DNA of 64,000 nucleotides from Anthoceros angustus (GCA_010909165.1 VJWM01000220.1:62001-126000), one strand, 5' to 3'. Positions 49,238-62,441 are shown, counted from the first letter of the stretch. Numbers and translations: made by a program. Notes: generated from the sequence alone by a model not told the origin.

Positions 49238-52200
49238 ATGGCTACTGGTTCTCAACAGACATCTACCATAGTTGGTAGCATTCCTCCTAGGGTAGAAATT
49301 AAGGACAGGGACAGATTTAATGGTACTGATTTTGCTACTTGGGAAATGAGAATGGTAGCTATCTTAGAAGAACAGGAATTAATGGATGTAGTGGATGGGA
49401 CTCTAGCAAGACCCGTTACACCTACTCCTAAACCTGCTGCTGGCAGCCCAGCTGCCCTAGTGATAACAGCATGGCATAAGAAGGACAAAAGGGCTAGAAA
49501 CATTCTTCTTTCTGCCCTAGACAGAAACATGATGTCACATACTCAGGGCCAAACAACAGCTGCTGTAGTATGGACCGTCTTCAAAGATATGTTTTCTGCC
49601 AAAGACCCCATGGCTCACCTTAATGCCACTAGACAATTATACACAATGAGAATGAAAGAGACGGATACCATAGAGCACCATGTGCATAGGTTTCGGACTC
49701 TGAGGGCCAAGCTTGCTTCTGCTGATCCAGCCGGATCCACGCTTACAGAACTTCAAGCTGCCAATATACTGCTCTCATCTCTTCCTGCAAGCTACCGTAC
49801 TATAGTCAGTACTTAGGCTTCGGTATTAAGACAAGCTGCAAAAGTAGCACCTGCTGGACGTGCTCCAGCCATTACCTTATCAGAGATTATTGGAGCTCTG
49901 CTTGAAGAAGAGTCTAGCAGAACAGGAACAGGCCGTGCTTCCTCCTCCCATCAACAACAGCATGTCTTGTATACCTCTAGGGGAAGAGGACGAGGCAGAG
50001 GCGGTTTCCGGCCAAGACACCCCTATAGTGGACCTGGAAATAGCTCCACATCTGGACAGCGGAAGGCAAAAGGCCCCTGTAACTGGTGCCGCATACCTGG
50101 TCACTATGAACACGAGTGCCGAAAGAAACTTGCAGGAGAGCCCCGTCGTCCTGCAACAGAAACACATATGGTTAGATCAAACCCTAATAACAAGGCACCA
50201 GCTATACTTGCAGTCTGTCTGTCACTTACCAAGGCAGAAAAATCTATGTGGTTCTTTGACTCAGGTGCAACTAACCACATCTGTCAATCAAAAGACATGT
50301 TCATGACTTATACAAAATCTGCCACTAGCCAATTCGTGCTCTTAGGTGATGACAGTGGATTATCCATAGAAGGATCAGGGCAAGTCCTGCTTACCCTCAA
50401 TTGTGGACAGCAGGTCATCCTACTAGGAGTCCTACATGTTCCACACATGACAAAAAATTTGTTATCAGTTCATAAGCTTACAACTGAACATCCACTGCAG
50501 TTAATTTTTAGACCAGGGTCCTGCACCCTAACACCAGCAAATCAGAACTCACCTATATTAGCAGTAGGAGTCCCATACCATGGTCTCTATAGCCTGCAAA
50601 TTACAACACCAGAATCATTACATAAGGCCAATGTTGCTGATGCAAAGCCCGATGTTAGTCCTACTTTCCTATGGCACTGTCGCCTATGCCACCCAAGTCC
50701 AGCTTTTCTACAGAGGGTTGTTCAACATCCAGAACTGTACAAAGATGGACTTACCCTTACACTTGAAGATGGCACCTTCTGCGAGAGCTGCCAATATGGG
50801 AAGATAACACAGAAACCTTATAATGATCCTGAACCAACCAAGGCTACTACCCTGCTGGAAGTTGTCCATTCGGACATTTGTGGACCCATGTCCACACAAT
50901 CTCTAGGGGGAGCCATCTATTTCTTATCTTTTATGGATGAATGGAGTCATTATTGCCAGCTCTATTATTTACATAGCCGCCAGCAGATTTATGCCAAGTT
51001 TGTTGAATATGTGGCTATGGCTGAAGCTCAAACGGGATGCACCATTAAGCGTTTACGAAGTGACAATGCCAAGGAATATGTGAGCGGAGACTTCAGTGCA
51101 TTTTGCAAACAAAAGGGCATAATACACCAATTAACAGTTCCATATCATCCGCCCCAAAATCCATTTGCAGAGCGCTATAACAGGACTTTGCAAGAAAGGA
51201 CAAGAGCCACACTCACTTTGGCAGGACTTACAAGGGGATATTGGGCGGAGGCAGTGGACTCTGTCAACTATGTTACCAACAGGTTGCCTCTAAAGCCTTT
51301 TTTTGACATAACACCTTTTCAGAGATGGACTGGTCACAAACCTCGTATCAGTCACCTCAGAATCTTCGGAGCAGCAGCCTATGCATACATACCAGCAGAC
51401 AAGCGAAGGAGGATGGACAACAAAGCCACAAAGCATATATTCGTTGGCTATTCAGATACGGTGAAAGGATACAAGCTTTATAATCCCTCTACCAGGGAGC
51501 TATCCATAGCACGTAGTGTAAGCTTTAATGAATCCTATATCCTGCAGTCCCACGAGAAGTTAGTATCCAGTTATGACACTCTGCATGCAGTCACCATACA
51601 TGGCCATACACCTATACATGAAGACAATTTACCCTATTCAGATTTAGACAGTGACCACGTGTTTTTTGAGCCAGAGACAGCTGCAGTTTTGCCTGCAGCC
51701 CCTGATCCACTTGGTCATAATAGTGATCAGCCTGATGAGGCCACTGTCCAAGCTGATGAGTTGGAGATGGATCCAGCAGAATCTGATATACCAATTCAAC
51801 CTGCACATGATGAACCACTCGAACATGAGTATAATTATGCTGAACAGCCAGCCATGCATGATTTCGCTGAACAGCCAGCTAGGCAGGATTTGGCCACAGA
51901 TGAACCAATTCCTCTACGACGCTCAGCCAGGATACACAGACCACGTTCAGAATGGCTAAATCCTCCAATGAACCTTTCAGCTTTCGCATCAGACTCTACA
52001 AGGGAAAGTCTTGAACAGATGGCTCGACACATGGCTTATACTGTTATGGAACCACCTGATACTCCAATGACCTACAAGGAGGCTCTCGCCTCACCACAAC
52101 AATCAGATTGGCAAAAGGCAATCGACAGCGAATATAAATCACTCATGGACAACCAAACATGGAAACTGGTTAGATTACCTCTAGGGCGTAAGGCAATTAC

Positions 52201-54302
52201 CTCCAAGTGGGTTTTTAAGTTGAAGCTAAACCCAGATGGTTCTGTTGCCCGTTACAAGGCACGTTTGGTCGCCAGAGGATACACACAAGTACAAGGGCTC
52301 GATTATAACGAGACTTTCAGTCCTGTGGTGAAGCCCACCTCTATGAGGATACTCCTCTGCTATGCCATTCAGCACAATTTACTAGTCCACCAGATGGACG
52401 TTAAAACAGCCTTTTTAAACGGTCCCCTGGACGAGACCATCTTCATGACACAGCCAGAAGGATATGTGTTTGATCCAGACCTTGTGTGTAAACTGCTGAA
52501 GTTATTATATGGGCTGAAACAATCAGCTCGCATATGGAACGGACGAGCTGACAAGAAGCTTCGAGCTTTGGGTTTTGAACCTCTCACAGCAGATTGCAGC
52601 GTGTATGTCCTGCGTACAGCAAACGGATTATGTATCATTGCGCTGTATGTAGATGATAATTTCATATTCGCTAGCAGCCAGGAAATTCTCACACAAGTTA
52701 AAAAGGACTTAGCTGAAGAGTGGGATATGACTGATGTTGGTCCTCTACGTTTTGCTCTTGGAATCCAATTCCATTTTAATCCCATTGATGCTTCGGTGAC
52801 CCTACATCAAGAGCACTTCATTAGACAAATTCTGAACAAGTTTCAGCTACAAGATATTAATCCTGTTGCCACCCCTGTTGCTGTTGGAGAAAAGCTCTCA
52901 ATAGCAGACTGCCCAACAACAGAGGCGGAAAAATATGAAATGTCTCAAATACCTTATAGGGAGGTTGTCGGGAGTCTTCTATACCTTGCAGGATGGACAC
53001 GTCCTGATATTTCTCTAGCAACAGGCGTTGTATCACGTTATTTATCAAACCCTGGCAAGCGACACTGGATCGCTGTAAAGAGAATCCTACGCTATTTAAA
53101 AGGAACTAGGCATCTATGTCTCAGGTATACTAAAGCACAAGACTTTACACTTACCTGCTACACGGATGCAGACTGGGCGGTGATGTGGATGGACGAGCTG
53201 ACAAGAAGCTTCGAGCTTTGGGTTTTGAACCTCTCACAGCAGATTGCAGCATGTATGTCCTGCGTACAGCAAACGGATTATGTATCATTGCGCTGTATGT
53301 AGATGATAATTTCATATTCGCTAGCAGCCAGGAAATTCTCACACAAGTTAAAAGGACTTAGCTGAAGAGTGGGATATGACTGATGTTGGTCCTCTACGTT
53401 TTGCTCTTGGAATCCAATTCCATTTTAATCCCATTGATGCTTCGGTGACCCTACATCAAGAGCACTTCATTAGACAAATTCTGAACAAGTTTCAGCTACA
53501 AGATATCAATCCTGTTGCCACCCCTGTCGCTGCTGGAGAAAAGCTCTCAATAGCAGACTGCCCAACAACAGAGGCGGACAAATATGAAATGTCTTAAATA
53601 CCTTATAGGGAGGTTGTCGGGAGTCTTCTATACCTTGCAGGATGGACACGTCCTGATATTTCTCTAGCAACAGGCGTTGTATCACGTTATTTATCAAACC
53701 CTGGCAAGCGACACTGGATCGCTGTAAAGAGAATCCTACGCTATTTAAAAGGAACTAGGCATCTATGTCTCAGGTATACTAAAGCACAAGACTTTACACT
53801 TACCTGCTACACGGATGCAGACTGGGCCGGTGATGTGGATGGACGGAAGTCCATAGCTGCCTACTACAATCTCCTTTGTGGATCTGCCATAAGTTGGCAA
53901 AGCAAAAAGCTTAACACTATCAGCCTTTCATCTACGGAAGCAGAATACAGTGCTTTATCCTTGGCAACCCGCGAGATCAGCTGGATACGTCAATTCCTCA
54001 CAGACATTAAAGTACCCCAGACTAGCCCTACGACATTACAATGTGACAACCAGTCGGCAATCGCGCTATCCGCTAATCCTATTCTACATGCCAGATCAAA
54101 GCACGTAGAAATTCAGTTTCACTATATCAGGCAAGCCGTTGAACAGAAGATCATAGCTTTAATTTATGTGCAAACAGCCCAAAACGTGGCAGACCTGCTT
54201 ACAAAAGGCCTAAGCAAGCAGCTGCATGAGCAGCACAGACTCTCCTTGGGTCTAACAGACGTTACTTATCTCAAGGCTGACGGCAAACATGCAACTGGGT
54301 AG
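49238..54302 (+). pseudogene. Copia C gag-pol (one in-frame TAG at 49814-49816; 650-bp RT duplication)
   Basis: ORFs 49238-49816 and 49967-53302 are in the same frame. CCHC knuckle, DSGA protease, rve integrase, RT YVDD, RNase H at 53835-54302. Confidence 0.95.
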
Positions 54303-55848
54303 TCCGATTACAGGTCGCTACAGCTTGCAGGAGTTGGGGCAATTTCGCAGTGGATACCTCTTATGTTTCTAGCAGGCGAGTTCAACCGCTCCAGTATCTG
54401 CAGCAAGCCCACATGTCAGACCCTGCAGCAACCTGGATGAAGCTCAAAGCACACAACAAATCAGTTTGCAGCAGCGGCGTACCCTCTTTTTTTTCTCACT
54501 TAATTTCGGACAGCAACACCTAGCATGCAGTTTCTGGGCATGAGCCAAAGCTCTGTGCCTGTTATGGGCAGACTCACGCGAGTCATATGGGGCAGCATCT
54601 CCTCTCCAAGCTGCAAGCTACGTCGTTTTTGCTCTTTTCTCCTTAGGGACTTCACAGGCGCAGCAGCCATGTAATGTGGCGTTGCTCACCATCTCATGCC
54701 CGGCTTAAGCTCTCGCGACTGTCCGTTTTCTTTTTGAGCCGCGGGACTATGTATGGTCGAGAATTCACGTTCACGACAACCACAGAAGACGCGCAGCCTT
54801 ATCAACAACCTTATCCATTTTTAACCCGTAATGATCCTCAGTTAGGTTTGAGAGGGGGTGTAGAAATAAGTAATTATTTATTATCATCCCAAACTAATCA
54901 TCATTCAAGGTTAGGGTTAGTGAAGCGTTATTGTGAAACTCCCAACCGTCACGACTCTCCAGCACCACCTTTCTTGTACCACAAACGTTTTTTGCTCAAT
55001 TCACTTCTAATACATACGCCATCTCTGGTCGATGCTTGTACTTGCCATAATTGTTTAGACGGCAAGCTCATGTAACATGGTCAGCCACAATTAGGCCCCT
55101 CCCGGTCCACTTGCCCATACACAACAAGCGCCTTTTGCCTCCAGTTCTCCATCATTGGGCATTACTCCAGTTCTCCGAATTTTGCATACATGTCCACCAG
55201 GCAGGTGCCCTTCTGAAGGTCTGTGCATGCACTGGTGCGTTACATCTTTGGAACGAGGACTGCAAGATAAAATACTGGTTGGTAACCGCCTCGTGAACAG
55301 GTGTGCCAAATTCGACGAAATGGAAGATGCACGCGGGGTTTTGACACTGCTTGGGCATGGAAGGACATGTAGAGCTCTTATTGCAGGTAGATGTGCTGTA
55401 AAAGCAGCTGGCTGGCCAGTCTGCAGGCACGCGAGAGTGTCAACACTAGCAACTGGCTTTGCACATTCAAGGCAAGCTCCTACAAACAGCTCTTCATTCA
55501 AAGCCCAGAGACATGTCTGCAAAGAATTAATCGTGTGGATAACAAGCAAATGTGGCTACCGGCTTTGTTCGTGGGTACCTTGTTCAACCAGCGCTCCTCT
55601 CTAACAAAAACCGGTATGCACCCAGACTAGCTGGAGAGGAGGAGCATGCCTATACAAGACGAGGTGAAAAAATCTCTTGTCCCTCGTTGCTTAGCTCTCC
55701 CTTCGCTTAGTCTTGGCCAGCTTACTTCTTAGTGTTGTCCTTACCTCTTCCCTTGCTGGTTTCGTCTAAGTTTTTCTGTGATGATGGCAGAGTTCAGCAG
55801 ACAAAGCGGGTCCCAGGTTAGAAAATTGGGACAGCAGCAGTACCACTA

Positions 55849-56400
55849 CTATGCCACATACAAGGCCATTGATCCGGTGATGGGGTCTGTGCAAGTAGGG
55901 CAAGTAGGGTCTGGTCCCTGTGCCGCTGCATGCACGAGTAATGAAAGCAAGGTAAGACCACGGTGTTCCTGGCCTCCACAAAGCAGATCTTACACATATT
56001 TTTCTCCTGCTCCGCCTCCAGGTCGGACGCAATTTGCTAACGCTCATTCCTAAGGTCAAGTGCAGCCGTTCGTTCAGAGGCTATATTCTCTCGCCTCCAT
56101 GCTTTGCAGCTCGGAAACAACTGTTGCATGCCTTGCCTCCTCTCTCCCGCATTAGCGCGGCCTCCTCTCCCTTCCTCATTCTCCTTTTCCACTATCTGCG
56201 CCATGGCCATGGTGGAGGAGCCAGCTCATCAAGCTCCTCCAACTTCATCCCCTGTACCTCGCCGCTCGCTTGCCAGGCTTCTGGTTTTCCGCCCTGCATG
56301 CAGAGCCTCGTGCAGAGACATCCTCCTGCACTCCGTGGCCCCTCCTTGGGAATTCGCCCGTTAGTGGCATTGTCAATTTCACTGTCCCTCCTCCACATCC
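55849..56400 (-). pseudogene. Paralogue P6 (U2 copy)
   Basis: Near-identical to 251-800. Confidence 0.8.
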
Positions 56401-56728
56401 GATTTTCAAGAAGGGAGGGCTTTGCACAAGGAAGGTAGAAGGTAGGACGGTATCTCTAAACCTGCAGACCTTTGAGAAGGAAGGTAGGAAGGTAGCTCTA
56501 AACCTCCTGCAGACCTGTGAGAAGGAAGGTTTGTCCCTAATCACATGTGATAAGGGGATGTGTCACATCTTGCCCTTATCACATGTGCGGTGTCTGCAAT
56601 CGCATGTGCTTGCCCATGTGATTACAGACACCCGCCGCCTATTCATACATATATGCAACGGGTGTCTGTACGCCTCTGCCTTGCATGTAGGTTGAGGATA
56701 CTGGGCTCTGCATCACGGCTGGCGAGGA

Positions 56729-57520
56729 ATGGCGGATAAGGAGGAGGGCAGTCTTGCTGCGGAACTGAAGCTGCAATCAGATAACATGCTTGAGGAAAGA
56801 CTCGAGTGAGGGGGAAAATTACGTTGGTGGCAAAGGTTGTTAGACACGGCACAGGGGGTCGAGAAGGGAAAGGGGGTCAAGGATATGAAGTTGGAGAAGC
56901 AGCTTCAAATGATCCGCAACGACCGCAAAGAGCGTCAGCGCAGCCGATGGGACCTTGCTGCGTATCTGAAGGACCTGTCCGACGAGGAGCTGGTAACGAG
57001 GCTTGAGAAACAGAAAAAACGTTTGTGCGAAGCGGAGAGTACAACAACTTCCCTGGACAAAAAGCTGAAGACAGAAACCGGATGTAGGAAGGTCATTGCA
57101 TCCGGACGCCATATTGAAGAAGAATAAGGCCAAGGGCAAGATTCAAGTCATCCGCAACGAACGCAGAGAGCGTGATTGCGGCCAGGAGAAGATTGAGGCC
57201 TCCCAAAGATGCCGGAATGAGGTGGCGGATGCTCACTGGTCTGCAGGGGGTTTAGAGCTACCGTCCACCTTCCTTCCGTGTGCAAATCCCTGGAGTCGTA
57301 TTCAAGGGAGGAAAATGAAATTGACAACGCCATTAACGTGTGCTTGTATTGTGCATAATTGGCGAATTTCAAGGAAGGGGCCACAGGTTGCATGCGGCGA
57401 GGAAAAACTAGAAGCCTGGCAAGCGAGCAGCATGGCCATGGCACAGATAGTGCAAAAGGAGAAGGAGAGCATGAGGATGAGACAGCAGGCCGCGCTGTTG
57501 CAGGAAAGGGAGGAAAAGCA
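56729..57520 (+). pseudogene. Paralogue P7 (N-terminal modules and coiled coil, no RING); full-length only in U2
   Basis: Start ggaATGGCGGATAAG; KQLQMIRNDRKERQRSRWDLAAYLKDLSDEELVTRLEKQK; internal stops. Confidence 0.75.
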
Positions 57521-59499
57521 TGCTACTGTTGGCAGCATCACAGAAAAATTCGACAAGACCAGCAAGCAAGGGAAGAGGCAAGCTGGACAAGACCTAAGCA
57601 AGGGAGAGCTGAGCAAAGAGGGAAAAAAGGTGTTTCACCTCGTCCTGTATAGGCCTGCTCTTCCTCTCCAGCTGGTCTAGGGTACATGCTGGTTTTTTAT
57701 GAGAGAGGAGCGCTGGCTACCTTGCTTCATGGGTACCTACCCATGACGAAAGGTAGCCAGGTTTGCTGACATTGTCCTGTTATCCACAAAGTTAGGTGAT
57801 GCTTTGCAGAGGCTGATGACATTGGTCTGTTGTCGACAAGATATAGTCTTTGCATACATGTCTCCCGGCTTTGACAGCTGTTTTCAGGAGCTTGCAATGT
57901 GCAAAGCTAGTAGCCAAGTTGATACTCTTGTGCTTGCAGACTGGCCAGCCAGCTGCTATTGCAACGCATCTAGCTAATGTCAGTTGTTGCTTTGTCCAAT
58001 GGGTGGCCGTCCGAGCCCTTCAGCCTGTTCGTTTACTTGACAAGTCTGAGTTCTCTTCACACAGCGGTGAACCGAGGAGAGAGACTTTTGGATTGGTTTT
58101 GAGTCCGGAGTGCGCAGTCTGCGGGCTTGTGCCATGCCAGCCCTTTGTTGGTTTGCGCGGGCGCGGCTGGTGCCCTGCTCACCATACCACTGCAGCATAC
58201 AGCAAGGGAAGGAAGGCCCAAACACGCTTCGTCTGGATGGAGTAGCGAGGCAGGTGGAATCACAAGTGGCTTCTGACACAGGTCTCCGAAGTGTGTGTGA
58301 ATCCCGGACATGGCCAGCTTGTCACGCCTCGGTGCCACGGGCAGTCCCATTGGCAGCCTTTCTTTGCATTTCTCTGGCCATGCTGCAGGCAGGCCACGCC
58401 ACGGCTGTGTTGAGCAACAATGTGGAGATTGTGCCAATCGTGTCTGACACCTTCGACAACGTCCCACAAACCCTGTCCGGTAAAGGCCACCTTCCCTTTC
58501 AATTCCCATTTCGATTCCAGATGCGGATGCAGGTGCATCTCCATGGCCAGGTGGTGCAAGTGTCCGAGGGTGGCAGCTGATGGGAATCCTAGTCTGTAGG
58601 TGGGGATAAGGCCAGGAGGATTCAGCGTCCCAAATCTGTCCAGGCGGAATCCTGCACTCGAAAATGCGTGTCCACTTGCATCAGGGGCGGGGCTGGGGCG
58701 CCAGGGGAAGGTCCCTTGAACGTGCGAAGGTCATGTCCATATCCATGCCCGTTCCATTCGTGGCCAGCAAAATGTGTGGCGCTAAAGTCGTGGGTGTGAA
58801 TATTCGATTGCAGACCTCTGGTGGTGTTCAAGGAGGGATTTCGAAGTCGGCAGTACTGGTACGTCTGTTCCCTTGCCTTGCCCAACTGGCTTCGGCTGCT
58901 CCTGATACCATTGGTGTGGGACCCTGCAGTTTGTTGGAATGCAGCGAAATCTGCAACCTCATTCCAGATGGTCGGGATGGTCCGTGACTCCAAATGGAAG
59001 GTCCTCTCATGGATTTTAGTTGAAAGATGCTGCACGGGATCGAAGCGATGATGATGCATTTTCATTAAACTCCAAGTTAGAGGTCACACCAGGGCTAAGC
59101 TTTACGCGACACAGTTGCGGGTGCCAGCACGACTACCCCCTCTGGACATCCTTGGACTGCTGTACATGTTTGCCAGCACCCCTAGATCTCGAGATTCACT
59201 GTTACATCTCAAACTACTGGCGTACACATAGTGCTCCAATTCTGGAATGCACAGGTGCCGGAATTTCTGGTCATGCCATCTCCTCCAGCCCAGCGGGAGC
59301 AACTGCATGCAGAGAAGTAAGGCAGCAGACTTCCCAGTCACGTTGGCAGGATCGTCTCCATTTGCCCATCCATTTCTGTGACAGTTCTGTGGTTCCAGCA
59401 AGCCCGTGAAGTTGTGGGAACCCTGGTTTCTATCTGACCCAGAAAATCCAGGCTTCCCATAGTCCTCTTCTCCATGACAGGTCGACCACATGTCCGCCA

Positions 59500-61125
59500 C
59501 TATTCAGCTTCAAGCTCAGCACCAAAGCGCTCCAACCTAGCCTCGTCCTCTGCGGCATCACGAAACGCCGCATAGTTTACAGCTCCGTCATCCTCAAAAG
59601 CGGTTACCTGCTTCCCACCAAACCACCGTCCATTCATTAGCTTTATGCATTTAAAGCCTGCTTGCTTGTCCTTGAACTTCACCATCGCAACTCCTTCTGG
59701 ATGGTTGTCATACACCCGCAGCCTTTCAATCGCCCCTAACTTCCCACATTCCTCAGCTATGTCTGCTTCCAATTCAGCCAGCAGATTAGGGTCCGCCAAT
59801 AGCTCGTCCCTGGTGAACATGTTCTTGAGAATAACAGTCATGGGCTCCAACGGCTTGGCATCATCAAACCCTCCCCACCCAAGCGCCCTCTGCTCCATGT
59901 TCTTCAGTTTCTTCTTCTTCTTCTCATTCTGCTGCTTCTTCACGAATACCTCCCCCTTCTGCTCAAACTTAGCCCTCGTCACAGTCATCAGAGGCCTTCC
60001 CCCAGGCCGCAGAGCCGTCCCGTCCAGTATCTTCAGCGCCAGCTCCACCGAAGGCTCTTTCAGAAAAGTCACCAGCCCATCTCCCTTCAGCCTGCCGGTG
60101 TTTTTATCCACATACAACTTCACCCGAGGCTTCTTGGTGTCCAGATCCTCCTTGATGTACCCGCACTTGGAGAACACCGACACAACCTCCTCCACAGTTG
60201 CATCCTCCGGCAGCCCTGTCACATACACGTGCGTGTTCACCTTCAGCTCGAACCAGCCTTCCGGCTCATTGGCCCCCGGCTTCTTCACCTCGCCCTGCAC
60301 CCCTTCCACGCCCTTACGTTTCTTGCTGCCAGGGGCAGCATCCACAACCTGAGCCACCGGAGCTTCATCCACATCCGCAGCTGCAGCCGCCGCTGCTGCT
60401 GCAGCCGCCTCCTGCACCGCCGCCTCCTGAATCGCCGCCTTCAAGCTCGGCATCACCTCCTCCTCCACCACGAAAGTCATCTCATCCGCGCCGTACGAGG
60501 GGCCGCCATCGCCTGAAACACCCTCCCCTTGAGGAACCCACGCCCTGAGCTCAGCATCCCACCTGTACAACGTGCCGTCGTCATCCAAAAACTCCTCCTC
60601 CCCTTCCGGAGGCATAGGCGGCCTCTCCTCCTCCAAACCCTCTTCCTCCTCCCCCTCCTCCTCCACTTCCACCTCCTCCTTCTCCACCTCCACCTCCACC
60701 TCCGCCTCCTCCACTTTCTTCCCGTTCCCCTCCAGCCTCCGCTTCTTCCCGGCCTTCAACGCCGCAGCCTCCTCCTCCGCCTTCCGTATCTCCTCTTGCC
60801 ACTTCCGGTAATCGTCATCCACGTCTCCCCCGACAGGCTGCACGGCCGGGCCGCTGCTCACAACAGCCCCCCGCCCATTGCCAGCAACCCTTCCCCCAGC
60901 CCTAGCTGCCGTGACCTTGGCATGCAGACCAGGGATGCCTGCAAGTGTGGCCCAGTCGCTCCTCCCCTGCGTCCACAGGTAGCTGTTTTCCGTCACCTGC
61001 CCCGCGCCGAAGCGATCTTGCAGCTGAAGCACATCATACGGGCCCAGGAACTCCTGGGCTTCTCCCAGCACGTACCACCCCGAGTCGGGCTGCACTTCTT
61101 CCAAAACCCCGCCTTCCTGCTCCAT
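59500..61125 (-). CDS. ELF9: Tat-SF1/HTATSF1/Cus2/Uap2-family U2 snRNP-associated splicing factor (plant ELF9 type): GYF-like domain, acidic linker, RRM and UHM-type RRM; intronless, 541 aa
   Basis: GWYVLGEAQEFLGPY..YLWTQGRSDW (GYF_2), EEEFLDDDGTLYRWD, NTHVYVTGLPED..FSKCGYIKED..KGDGLVTFLKEPSV and VILKNMF..EECGKLG..MNGRWFGG. First ATG at 61125. Confidence 0.93.
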   Translation of the reverse strand: MEQEGGVLEEVQPDSGWYVLGEAQEFLGPYDVLQLQDRFGAGQVTENSYLWTQGRSDWATLAGIPGLHAKVTAARAGGRVAGNGRGAVVSSGPAVQPVGGDVDDDYRKWQEEIRKAEEEAAALKAGKKRRLEGNGKKVEEAEVEVEVEKEEVEVEEEGEEEEGLEEERPPMPPEGEEEFLDDDGTLYRWDAELRAWVPQGEGVSGDGGPSYGADEMTFVVEEEVMPSLKAAIQEAAVQEAAAAAAAAAAADVDEAPVAQVVDAAPGSKKRKGVEGVQGEVKKPGANEPEGWFELKVNTHVYVTGLPEDATVEEVVSVFSKCGYIKEDLDTKKPRVKLYVDKNTGRLKGDGLVTFLKEPSVELALKILDGTALRPGGRPLMTVTRAKFEQKGEVFVKKQQNEKKKKKLKNMEQRALGWGGFDDAKPLEPMTVILKNMFTRDELLADPNLLAELEADIAEECGKLGAIERLRVYDNHPEGVAMVKFKDKQAGFKCIKLMNGRWFGGKQVTAFEDDGAVNYAAFRDAAEDEARLERFGAELEAE

Positions 61126-62441
61126 CCCAGCACAAGCCTGAGGCACAGCTGCACCACGCTCTACCTGCGTCGGTCCAATTCTTCCATGCCCTCACCGGGG
61201 TGTGGTGGCACCATACCGGGCCTCAACCACATACAATTGGAACCCTAAAATCGCTCGGCTTTGGTCAGCTTAGCTCAGCTCTCATCTTCCTCGCACAGCT
61301 CTGGACTAAGCTCATGGTGCCAACGACGTGCCCACTTTCCCCCCGAAATTGCAGCTACCAATCTTCCCACGCTCACCGTGCTCTCCCAGGGTTTCTCACC
61401 GGCACGAACAAAGACCGCTTACTCGCACAGTATTCACATGAGGACTCGGTTCAAAGTCCAGGTAGGTACTGAGGCACTCATGTTCGAACGGACCCATTTG
61501 AACGTACTTTTATGCTTTTTTATAGATAATTTTTCAAGAAAAAAGATTATATGATTAATTATTATGTACAAATAACTAATTAATTAATTAATGTATACGA
61601 ATCAAGCTATAACAGCTCAGTGGCTACCGTGGCTATTGGTATTGTGTGATGCTGATAGATGTAATGTCATCTAATTGATGTGGTATCACAGGTATTCTCC
61701 ATATAGGAACTAGTAGAAACTAGTTATGAGTATTGACCACTGTATTTTGAGGTGAAAGGGTTTAGGGTATTGATAGGTATTGACCATTGTATTTTAGTGG
61801 GTTGCTCTTTCTAAAGTTGAAAGAACTAGTAAGTACTATTCTAAAAAATAATAATCTTATATTATAGTAACACTCGCTTATAGTAGAATCTAATTTAGAT
61901 TGTTCACATCTCTATAAAAGCTTTGGACATTTATTTTTGTAAGAGCGACTTGAGTGCTCACGCTGAATTTTTGTAAGTGCGACTTGAGTTGAGTACGTAT
62001 TTTGAACTTTACCTAATCATATTGTTTCAAGTTTTCTATTGTATCTACTAAGTTATATTTGGATACAAGTCAAATAAAAAAATATTTTATGTTTATGATT
62101 CAAGCTTGTATGAAATTGATTAGGATAGTAGTATTGAAGCCCTAGAGGTTTTGCCTTAAAGAGAGTCTACATGTTTGGAAGTGACTGTAGAAGTGCTTTT
62201 CTATTTCCTGGCTGTTAATTATATATGTTGTTGCATCTGTCCTTTTCTATTTATTTCGTATTCCTCTCCCTTGTTGTTCTCCTTCTTCCCCCTTCTTACT
62301 TGTTCGTGTCTAATCAAAGTCAATTGTGTTGTCTATCTCACTAAGGATCTGCATGAGTAAGTTGAACGGTTTGAAAATGCATTCTAACATTTCTGAAATA
62401 TTACAGCAAGGTTCAACCTCTATACTGTAAGTGGAGTAAAG

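Larger units (their letters stand above)
48221..55057 (+). mobile_element. Young Ty1/Copia LTR retrotransposon C (U2 only)
   Basis: 199-bp LTRs at 48221-48419 and 54859-55057 differ at 1 nt. TSD GACGG at 48216-48220 and 55058-55062. PBS tggtatcagagc at 48420, PPT tgagaggggg at 54849-54858. Empty site at 22027-22031. Confidence 0.97.
30209..58188. repeat. Tandem segmental unit U2 (~28 kb including Copia C), last unit of the array
   Basis: Collinear with U1. After ...accatacc at 58188 the sequence continues into unique DNA (actgcagcatac) rather than restarting the unit. Confidence 0.92.

Noticed and set aside
49814-49816. In-frame TAG in Copia C as programmed readthrough
   Set aside because: It lies inside gag before the zinc knuckle and lacks a CARYYA context (TAG GCT TCG). 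A CAG>TAG transition is simpler.
1736-58188. Whole tandem array as a pure assembly duplication
   Set aside because: The units differ by three LTR insertions (two TSD-flanked) with matching empty sites and by an 839-bp indel. Mis-joined haplotypes still need a read-depth check.
58189-59499. Possible gene between the array edge and ELF9
   Set aside because: Several 100-150 aa ORFs on both strands, none recognisable or consistent. Left unannotated; it may be 3' UTR or decayed sequence.
59645-61248. Long plus-strand ORFs (235 aa and 239 aa)
   Set aside because: Antisense shadows of the GC-rich ELF9 CDS.
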